This document shows, one piece after another, positions 53,461 to 64,000 of a stretch of 64,000 nt of DNA (the stretch's first letter is position 1; each line of letters opens with the position of its first letter). The stretch comes from Mytilus edulis (Eukaryota). The translations under genes and the position numbers were made by a program. The stretch spans positions 32,364,001-32,428,000 of the forward strand of contig NC_092352.1 in NCBI RefSeq assembly GCF_963676685.1, given 5' to 3'. The notes beneath the pieces are model-generated. The model was not told the origin of the DNA. It ran no database searches and saw only the letters and a list, made by a program, of their open reading frames with translations.

Positions 53461-56288
53461 CTTATTAGTTCAACTGCAAAAGTAAAATACATACAAATTT
53501 ATTGATAAATATTGAAATTGGTTACATGAATTACAAATTTTCCTTCATGTTGTGGATGTAGGTAAATCATGAATTTGAATGGTCAACAGAGAACAAATTT
53601 TCTTTAGTCTTTTCGGTTGAATTTGGCAGCTTTGTTCTTTGGCCACTGAACTGTATTTCCCATTAGCAGTTGGAAAAAATTTCTAACAAGTTGAAGTTTG
53701 ATTTGATAAAACAAATTGCTATTCGTTCAAGTCACAGTAATAAGTTTGTTCACTCATCAAAAGAAGACATAAATAAACAAGTAGCTTTTCTACTAAAAGA
53801 AATGCACCTGAACATAATTGCCTGTTTGGTTTGAAAGATCGGAGAATTATAATATAAAGATGTGTAAATCATTCCTCATAAACATAATACATTGTACATG
53901 TAGAAAACATCTATAGATCCTAAACATAACTATATGTAGACTACCATTAGTTTGAGCAAATTTGTGTTTCAAGTAATTTATGAAAGAAAACATTACAACA
54001 TGCAAAATAGGAGCCAACCACAGGATGTTCCATTTTGAGGGCACTGTTTTAGAAATTTGTATACTTTAAACAGGTGATCAAATTGTAAACACTTGAAAAG
54101 CCCTAAACCTTATTTTGAGAAATGTATTCTAACCAACCACATACAGGTAGTCATTAATAAATAACTTATATGCAACATCAAACATAAAACAAATTGTATT
54201 GTTTTACCACAAGGTTTTAATTAATATAAAGCCAAAGAATATCATTCAGTCTCTATAAATAGTTACCCAGTTTCACTCCTAAAAGGTCCTTTTGTATTTC
54301 TTTATTTTATTTTATTTTTATTCCTATTTCTACATGTCTACTGTTAAAACAATTTAGTATATTTGTTTATTTCTCCTTTGAAATTATTATGTGTAGTCCA
54401 TAAGATTAAAAGTAATTCTATTTGCAGTTATAAATTATTGAAGAAATGGAATAGTTTTAAATAAATATTATCGTTATTTATCTGTACAATTTTTTTTTTT
54501 ATAGAAATTTTTATTCAACGAAAGAAAATGAAAGTTTAAATTAAAAGAAAATGCCCTTTTTGTTTCTTTTTAACCATATATTAAAATAGAACATCTAAAG
54601 CAAACTCTACCTTTTTTCTCTTCAAATATCAACCACCTTCAACAGGAACCCTAACATGCGTCTCTAATTTAAAAAGTAAAGGTATGAGATACTTATATTA
54701 GAGTCTGACTTTTATTACTCCAACAAAGTCTTAAAAGATTAAATACTTAGAAACTCCAAAATGGATTTTAATTCTTCTTTATAAACCTCTTTTAAGTATA
54801 AACATTACTTTTTCTAAAGTTTTGGATAATGTTTTATATCATGATCAATTAGTAAAATATAACTCATTAGCTGCCAAATAATACAACTTGAATGAAGAAA
54901 AAAATATTCAAGTCAAATGTTTATAATAATTGGTTTATTAATTAAAGCAATGGCTTTAATTATCACCATTCACAAAAATAGTGTCTCATTTTTTTTTAAC
55001 ATGCCTCCAGCTATTCAATATAATGTTTATATTGCAGGGTACAAAACAAAATTGTTTTCCTTTTATTTTTGGACATGTTGGAAATCTATATAAATTCCTT
55101 CAAAAACATCTTCAAAAATAGGGATGCAATTTTGGAAAGGTACCAGTCAGTACTCCCTTTAATCACAAATGTTAAAGCTAAGTCAAACTGTTTATGATTT
55201 TGTAAAACTTTACTTTTCAGCAAAAATGACCTTGACAAGTTTTGTCAATTACTAATACATGTATGTGTTTATACAATTTAAGCATAATTACATTTACATT
55301 TACATCCTTAACTATTAAGATTATAACACAAAATTTGTTTATATAACAATAATCAGCCTTTTATATCTCTACCAGTGAGGGTGGCAGGTGCCCTTTAGAT
55401 GTTTTTACAACAATGAAATGTTCAAAATGGCTGGATCCACCCCAGAGCAGGGATAGCAGTATAGGTCACTGGTGCTGTGTGCAAAAAATTAATGTCTCAT
55501 GATTCCATTTCTTTGGATGACACTTTGGTGAAAAATTAAACTACATTGTAACAGTAATTTCTTTTTTATATGACAAAATTATTGGAAAACAATTGATTTT
55601 TTTACCAACAGCAAATTGGAAGCATGATTTTACTTCAAATTACAGTTTCAATTTTGGGAAAAAGTCACACAGACTAGTCACTTCTTAGTTATCTTGTCAA
55701 AAGATTAAGTAACTCAGAGAAGTAAATTATTTGGTCTATAAAAATAGACTAGTCGGTAGTCTAATAAGAATCTTCTTCCTTATAATTGAGTTTTGTTTCT
55801 AACAGTCTACAGTAAGCTTAAACTCTGTGGGCCTACCTATGGTCACATTACAAATCTAGTCCCCTTTGGTTACATACAGTATTTACAATAAAACCCAATT
55901 GATAAGGTTAAAATTATTAACAATCATTGAACAATTTGAGTCTGGGATGCAGGATGGGGCCTTAACCAGGAAAAAGGGATTTAGTCTGAAGGGGTTGTGG
56001 TAATTCAAATGTTTATCATTCAGCTTTGTTTTCAATAGCATGTCATTGAAATAGTTACTCCACGGATTAGAAAGAATAACTTGGATATCCTGTTTCCATT
56101 TAGGCAAAGAACCATTCATGATTTTCTTGTTTTAACGAAGATAACACGAAAAAATAGAATCTATTCAAAGATAACAGTTGTATATATAAAATCGTACAAA
56201 TATGTGAGGGTACTTTTACAGTTTTATGTGTCATTCAAAAGAGTAAATGGTTTTAAAGAAAAATCCTTTCTCATTTCACGAAACTTAC

Positions 56289-56430
56289 CGCTGGAAAAAC
56301 TATGTCACGTGAACAGATCAATTAGACGCTTTACATTAATCTAACACCTTCGCGTCAAGCGTTTGTACGATGTATGTCAACTATTTTTTTCTAAGGGAAG
56401 CAACTATGTAAACAATCCCTTTCTTCACAG
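56289..56430. promoter_or_regulatory. Putative compact bidirectional promoter of UBC9 (-) and RINT1 (+)
   Basis: Minus-strand donor CG|GTAAGT at 56288 pairs with the acceptor at 53474 before the UBC9 ATG exon; RINT1 ATG at 56431; CpG-enriched; E-box GTCACGTGA at 56304-56312. Confidence 0.6.
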
Positions 56431-59400
56431 ATGGCAAAATCAGAGAAGAATGTCCACGTTACAGAATACTTGAACCAAAATATAAAGACTCTATCAGATT
56501 TAAAAGATGTTCATAAAAATATAAAAGAAACTGTTGAGTCATTAGGACAACAAGTAATTAATGCCTTAAGTCATAGGAACAGTACACATGAATGAATCCA
56601 TGACAAATCGCCCCACTGGCAAATCGCGAGTTTGTGAAAAAGTGTGGCGATTTGGTGTTGGGCGTTTTGCTAGTGTGGCGATTTGTCCTGCTTCCCACAG
56701 GAATGAGGATGAGCAATTTCATTTTGCTCTGTTTTTGAACTGTTGAAACATTTATGAGGGTAGTAATGGGGGTACCTTCATGACGTATATCATCGTGTAA
56801 TGTGTTTTCGTACTAATAACAATTTTCACTGCTTACGGTTTTTACTGTTGAGTTTTTATTTAGGTGTTTACTCAAATTTAAAAAGCATGTCCTGTAGATT
56901 GATTTTAGGTATCTAGTTTTTTTGTCAATGATTTCTACGATTTTTTACTGTTTCCGATTACTTTGCGATTTTTGTATGTCAAAAAAACGGCGTCATATGT
57001 TTTCGTATGAAATAAAAATTGGATCAGTACACGGACAGGAAATGACTACAAAATCCGGAAATACATTTTTTCTAAAGTCGTGGTTCGGGTGATCGCTTAA
57101 ATCTTAAAAAAAGTTATTAAATACTTTTCAGTACAAAAAATTACTAGTAAAAAGTGTAAGGTTGGTGTTTCGTGTGATGAAATTTTTACGGATTTTGATT
57201 AATTTCAGATTGGCACCTGGTTTGTACAAAATACATTATTTTTTCTAAAATAAAATGCAGTTTTCAAAATTTATGATTAAATATAAAAAGTTAAGACTGT
57301 TTTCATCTTCATGTATCAAGGATGTATAAAAAAAATTGTCAATGAAATATTGAATAGTTAGATTTTGAACAACCATTTTATATAAGAACCCTGCTAATTT
57401 TAACTCGATGGTTTGTAATTAAAACGGCCAAAAAAACACATGACAGTCATACGTCTTGAAGATCCGGTGTCTGACTTGCAAAAAACATATCTGGACTTTA
57501 TTTTAACCCTTCAGAATTTTTTTCCACAACTATTCTAGTGATGCGTATTTTTGACATTAAATAAAAATGGCTAAATAGGTCAGTTTTATTTAATTTGTTC
57601 TAACGTCTTTAAAAAGCGACGTTGAATATGTTTTAAATATATCAAGTTGTAGTGGTGTTGTTGTTCTAAATATAGAAACAGAAAAACATGCCACAATGTA
57701 CGCGTATGCAGTCGAAACCGACGAAATGTGGTTGATACGAAAACATATGACATACGAAAACATATGACACGACGATAATGGTAAAAATTCTTGCCAAATG
57801 ACGTTAACAGTAATTTTTAGTGCATGACGATTAATTGTACACTTTCTTTTAGACGATAAAATTATCTGAATTTGACGAATCAAGCTATTTTTTTTCCAAA
57901 AATAATGGTGATGATAACTATTTGAGTCTTTAGTCTTTATGAAGCAGTCAGGGGACTTACTTAAATAAGTGATTTTCTAAATCACTGATTCAAGTAACAT
58001 TATTTCCATAAAGGTTGGAAGTTAGAGTTGTCTTTCTTTAATAATCACCTATTTAAGTAGTACAAATTAATCACTAGAAGAAGTGATTTAATTTTATTGT
58101 AGCTTTAAATATAGAATACTAATGATCCAGGGACTAATTATGTTTCTAAACTTATCAGAACCAACATCTGTGTTGTCTAGGATGACCAGGTCATTTCAGG
58201 TGATGACCTTGTACTGAATCTAGGATAATGACATAAAAATCACTTGTTTAAGTATCAGACCTCAATTTCCTTCAAAAAAATCACTTCTTTAAGTATCATT
58301 CTTATAATAACCCCCACTAATTTCAACATCCCCGAACAGTGAAATTTTTATCGCGAACAGTAGAATTTTATTACATAATGATAATCTGAAAGATAAAACC
58401 TTGAACTTCACAGGAAAAATACTCCCACTGCTGGGAAAAATCTTTTAAGAAAATATCAGTTCATTATGTAAAGCCATTATTATAGCATTTTTTCAACTAA
58501 AATAGAATTTTCAGCTAAATGATAGCATCAAAGGCATAAACCTTTCTACTTAAAAGAAGCAAAAAGTTCATTTTTTTTAATTTTACTAATTTATAAAAAG
58601 ATATTTTTTAAACCTATGTGTTTAAAATTTTGAAAAAACTACAAAATCCCAATTTGTGACAAAACCTCGAATTTGCTACTCAAATAAGTGATTTAAAAAT
58701 CACTTATTTCAGTACATTGTAAGTCCCCTGACTGTTGAGACATCTGACGAATCACAGTAAAATTAAACCAATTTGACACTATAGGTAGTAAAAAATTACC
58801 GCTTGATGCCTGTCAGTAAAGGGCATATAATTTACATCCCTCATTTATGCCTAATTTCTATACATGTCTACTGTGCACATACATTTGTAGATTACTAATA
58901 TTATAGTTGTATATTTTGTGAGAGTTTAATGAAATGAAGGTTTAAATAACCAAATTGAGGTTTCCACAGGGACTTGTCAGTGTCTTCAAGACGAAGTGTA
59001 GTATAAAAAATGACCTTCCATTAGTGGCAGAACCAGGGGTTGTAGAAATTCCTTGTTCAAATTACATATTTAAGGTAAAAAAGTGCGGACTATACACAAC
59101 CAATTACGGTAATGCATATTTTATCTACAAAATCTAATATTACTGCAACAATTCTTTTATTTTTCTTAATAATAATATTTTTAAAAATGAAGTGGCGACT
59201 TGTCTTGGTCCCGAATTGTCGAAAACTGATGCCAAAATTACTTCAGACTTTGGTGTCAAAATGTCTTGTTACTGGGTTGTAACCACCCCCTGTTTTAGGA
59301 TCAATGCTTTTGAATAGGGACATGATAATGATGATATTGTTGACCCCCCCCCCCCTCCTTTTCAAAATGACTGGACTGCCCTCAAATTTTTGTCCAAACA

Positions 59401-62400
59401 GTAAATGTACAAAATGTATATTCATTATTGTCACAATAGACCTTTAAACTTTGGATGTCAAACAACGATTGCAGTTTCATTCTTGCATCTGTAGATTAAA
59501 ATTATTTCTTTTATGTTGTCAAATTTTTATAGGAAGGAATGCCTGATGCTTCATATACGTGTATTTGTCAGCTTTAACAAATTACTTCTCTTCCAAGACA
59601 CTTATATTTTGACGTATTTAAAAGGAGATGATGCCTGATGCAACAGATATTTTGGCATCAGATATTTTGTAATATGACGTCAAAATTTTACAGGAACCTG
59701 TGTCATGTCCAATAATGGAGGACAAATAGCCATAAGTTGTATTACAGTTCTTCCCTGATTATTGCGGAGTTTGCATTGCTAAAGTTTTATAGTGGCCTGT
59801 GTTATTTTGTGTGAAATGTTTGTCCTTTCAGGCTTTTTTTCTTATTGCTGCATTAATCATGTTAATGCTGCATGCTCTCTGTCCTGCTTAATCTGTAACC
59901 CATCAATTGATGAATCATTTTTTTTCAACAACCAAAGACTAACAGAAATGTGAACCCTATTAAATCATTGTAATATTAGGCTAAAAGTGATTGGTATAAT
60001 CGGTGCAAAAAACTTAGGCCACTGACTTTCTGAGACATTGTGTTTACAAATGTTTGATAATGCAAAAATCTCTACTCTTAAACTAAGCATCCAAGTTAAT
60101 TTCTGAATGTCATCAAAAAAGCTTTTATTTTTCAGTTACATGAAGCCAGTTCAAGTTTGCCTACTGAGATAGACTATGCTACACAAGGTGCTAATGATAC
60201 ACAGACTGAGGTGACAAACATACAACACCGTAAAGATAACCTTCATCATCAGGTCGTGGAACATGTTAGAAATCAACAGGATGTTTGTAAAGAACTGGAA
60301 AAAGTTACGACAGAAATTCAACAGTATCAGTATTATCTGGCATACCTACAGCTGATAGAAGAGGTTGACAAAATGAGGTCAGTTATACTACAGAGATTTT
60401 TAATTGTCATCTAACATGTATAAAGTATCCATGATATAACAGTGTATAACCTATAAAGAGTTGAAAATAGAATGTCAAGTGAAATGACACCTTCATGCGG
60501 TACAAGCTGGTAGAGTAATTAGGATGGATAAAACCTCTGCTATCATTTCTTTTTGCACCATGTTATGCCTGCATACAATAGCACCACAGTATATTATTTG
60601 ACAGTATGTCTGTTATCCCCTCCTGTAATAAATTTTGGTTCAACTTGTTGCTTCAGTTTAACATATTTATTTTAACCTATAGTTATCAATGAAGTGCCGT
60701 AATGGTCTCATCAACTTAGAAATGAAAACTCTTGTTTATTATAAAAAGATAATATATGAATAACTAAAAAAGTAATAGAGAACAAAAATTTAATTCATAT
60801 AAAGCATTTAAGTTTAACTATCATATATGTTGTATTTATATTTTAGTTCTGATATTCAGACAGCTATGCAGAAAGATGTAATGAGAAGTGCTGTAGAAAA
60901 TTTTCAGACCATGACACATGTCTTATTGTCAAATATTTTATATTTTAGTTCTGACATTCAGACGGCTACATTAACAGATGTCATGAGTAATGCTGTGGAA
61001 AGTTTTCAGACCATGACGCATGTCTTATTGTCACATATTTTATATTTAAGTTCTGACATTCATACGGCTACGTTAACAGATGTAATGACCAATGCTGTGG
61101 TTTTTAGGACCATGACACATGTCTTATTGTCATATATTTTATATTTTAGTTCAGATATTCAGACGGCTATGTTAACAGATGTAATGACTAATGCTGTTGA
61201 AAGTTTTCAGACCATGACACATGTCTTATTGTCAAATATTTTATATTTTAGTTCTGACATTCAGACGGCTACATTAACAGATGTCATGAGTAATGCTGTG
61301 GAAAGTTTTCAGACCATGACACATGTCTTATTGTCACATATTTTATATTTAAGTTCTGACATTCATACGGCTACGTTAACAGATGTAATGACCAATGCTG
61401 TGGTTTTTAGGACCATGACACATGTCTTATTGTCATATATTTTATATTTTAGTTCAGATATTCAGACGGCTATGTTAACAGATGTAATGACTAATGCTGT
61501 TGAAAGTTTTCAGACCATGACACATGTCTTATTGTCAAATATTTTATATTTTAGTTCTGACATTCAGACGGCTACATTAACAGATGTCATGAGTAATGCT
61601 GTGGAAAGTTTTCAGACCATGACACATGTCTTATTGTCACATATTTTATATTTAAGTTCTGACATTCATACGGCTACGTTAACAGATGTAATGACCAATG
61701 CTGTGGTTTTTAGGACCATGACACATGTCTTATTGTCATATATTTTATATTTTAGTTCAGATATTCAGACGGCTATGTTAACAGATGTAATGACTAATGC
61801 TGTTGAAAGTTTTCAGACCATGACACATGTCTTATTGTCATATATTTTATATTTCAGTTCAGATATTCAGACGGCTATATTAACAGATGTCATTAGTAAT
61901 GCTGTGGAAAGTTTTCAGACCATGACACATGTCATATTGTCATATATTTTATATTTTAGTTCAGATATTCAGACGGCTATGTTGACAGATGTCATGACTA
62001 ATGCTGTTGAAAGTTTTCAGACCATGACACATGTCGTATTGTCATATATTTTATATTTTAGTTCAGATATTCAGACGGCTATGTTGACAGATGTCATGAG
62101 TAATGCTGTGGAAAGTTTTCAGACCATGACTCATGTTTATCATAAACACAGTGGATCCCATTGTAAACATCTCCTCAAATTCATCAAAGACACAATTCTA
62201 TTCTGGTATAAGATACTTCATGAAAAACTTGCAAGGTACAATATATACTATTTGGTAGTTCTTAACAATTTATGTAGATCATGATGATTAAAGTATAATT
62301 TATCTGATTGATAAAGATGTTTTTCTACCACTAGTTAAAGTTATTTTAAAGTTGAATTAAATATTAATTGCTTGTTGCCTTTCTCACAATGATACATGTA

Positions 62401-63752
62401 ATTGTGAAAGACATAATCAGAGTGCAAATAAAAAATTATTGGTCCTTTTAGTTCGTACATTGTATTAACAAGAGTCATGATGAACATTTTGACTGCATTT
62501 GAAAAATCAGGTCCTATTGGGTTTATACCTTAATAATGCAAAATAAATAAGCACAGCAAGTTAAACAAAAAAATACAAAGTCATACACATGTGATAGTAT
62601 GAAATTGGGAGAAGTGGACTCATAGATTGTTACTATCATGATACCATCTTTTTTGCAGTGATTTTGAAGAAACATTGAAGTCAGTTGGTTGGCCAATGAT
62701 TGGGAATACAGTTAAATCTCCACCAGTACACAGCAGTCAACATTATGAATTGCTGGAGAAACTATTTATGTCACTTTTGGCTATACAGCTTCCGTATCCT
62801 TATTTATTTCAGTATGACAAAGTAATTAAAAGTAAAACAAGAATGTGTCCATAGTACACGGATGCCCTATCGTAGGTGGGGCATAAAAAGTGAATTTAAA
62901 TGAAGATTATATAGCTAATCAAACTTATTTTATTTGGTTTCAATATTTATGTGTTTCTTTTGTTCGTCCTTAAGTTCTTGCTTCCCAAAATTTGTTTTCT
63001 GTTCTCTTAACTTTAGTTTACTCAACAAATATCATGAAACTTATACACAATGCTAATTACTTCATAGTCAAGTTTGAATTTAGGTGGCATAACTTTTACC
63101 ATTCTAGAGCTATGGCCCTTTGCAAATTGAAAAATTGCTGAATTTTTTGTTTCCGTTCTCTAACCTAAGTTTGTCTCAATCATATGTCATAAAACTTATA
63201 TACAATGCCTTTACCATAAAATTCAAATCTACTCTGAATTTGGTTGGCATTACTTTTATCGTTCATGGGTTATAACGCTTTATAATTTATGTGCATGAGG
63301 GAGCATTATATGTGTCCCATGGACACATTCTATATTTTTTGATTTTTGACTTGGTTCCTGTGTATCTTTTTAGCAACTATTGTGAAGAACTGGTCATATA
63401 AATCTAAAAATGTGGGGGCCAATAATGTATCAGAGAGGTTTACAACAAGATATTTTCTACTCTTCAGAAGATAAATTTATAAAAAGCATATGTATCATAA
63501 TATCTTGATCTTCTTTCTGATATCATTCTTGTTCGTATTCGGTATGTGTGGTTTGATATTGATATTGCTTTTATTGTTTAAACTAAGAAAGAGCAGGTCA
63601 AAGTCCAAGAAGTTGTCCTTAACATAGAATAGTCAGTCTGTATCAGATAAACAAGATGAGCTTCTACTTCCGTTACAACTAATGGTGCTACCATTGGAGA
63701 AAAGATTTAAATATCATTTCTATGGCAACAGAAAAACAAATAACTTGGAAAA
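56431..63752 (+). CDS. RINT1: RAD50-interacting protein 1 (RINT1/Tip20), 5' part, continuing beyond the window; exons 56431-56553, 60136-60377, 62062-62235 (acceptor ambiguous, see findings), 62659-62793, 63633-63752
   Basis: YLQLIEEVDKMSSDIQ...SHCKHLLKFIKDTILFWYKILHEKLASDFEETLKSVGWP and LPLQLMVLPLEKRFKYHFYGNRKTNNLEK match recalled RINT1 motifs ([30 protein letters not shown]..NRQTN). Confidence 0.9.
57945..58734. mobile_element. MITE in RINT1 intron 1
   Basis: Perfect 16-bp TIRs cagtcaggggacttac / gtaagtcccctgactg; subterminal aagtgatt/aatcactt palindromes. Confidence 0.8.
60835..62136 (+). repeat. Minisatellite, 13 x 102/99 bp with a 303-bp higher-order unit; unit = intron 3' end + 5' part of RINT1 exon 3
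   Basis: Acceptor-like tatatttNAG ends at 60846, 60948, 61050, 61149, 61251, 61353, 61452, 61554, 61656, 61755, 61857, 61959, 62061; open as the 485-aa ORF 60827-62284. Confidence 0.97.
62794..63632 (+). other. U12-type (minor spliceosome) GT-AG intron in RINT1
   Basis: 5' site GTATCCTT (62794-62801); branch point TCCTTAAC (63616-63623) 9 nt before the intron end; no polypyrimidine tract; frame joins as CC|T = Pro. Confidence 0.9.
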
Positions 63753-64000
63753 GGTGAGCTATTATGATAAATAAAAGTATGAATTGGAAATCACAAATTT
63801 GCAAAAAAGTTACATTTTTAAAGAATATATTTTGTCATCCTTTGTCTGCAGAGTCTAGCTTTCCTTGAGCTTGATTCTGAAGATTAAACATTATTCAAGT
63901 ATAAATAGCCTTTCATTACATGTTGTCTTTTGTGAAATTTGGCAATAGCAATTCCTTCACAGCTGATAATAGTGTTAACATTTGCTTCCTATGGGATTTA

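Noticed and set aside
60827-62284. 485-aa ORF as a standalone repetitive membrane protein gene
   Set aside because: Its unique 3' part is RINT1 exon 3, its start lies in intron sequence and its stop is past the donor at 62236.

Overview
AT-rich, intron-rich eukaryotic DNA. The repeat families and the intronless TRIM gene suggest a bivalve, Mytilus-like genome, but that is an inference. Five protein-coding genes can be built from the sequence: RING1/RNF2 (-, 4 coding exons), an intronless RING-Bbox-Bbox-coiled-coil-propeller TRIM gene (+), E4F1 (+, 15 coding exons), UBC9/UBE2I (-, 6 coding exons plus a likely 5'UTR exon) and the 5' part of RINT1 (+, head-to-head with UBC9). Introns and intergenic DNA hold Penelope-like retroelement relics, a CR1/L2-like LINE relic, Helentron-associated (HINE-like) elements, MITEs and hammerhead ribozyme motifs. 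The most striking structure is three unrelated minisatellites, each a tandem amplification of an exon/intron boundary of a conserved gene. They are 9 x 108 bp (donor plus a whole C2H2 finger, E4F1), 11 x 44 bp (donor, E4F1) and 13 x 102/99 bp (acceptor plus exon start, all in frame, RINT1). Together they create ladders of competing splice sites. RINT1 also has a clear U12-type intron. Exon boundaries were read by eye and checked for phase; repeat boundaries are approximate.
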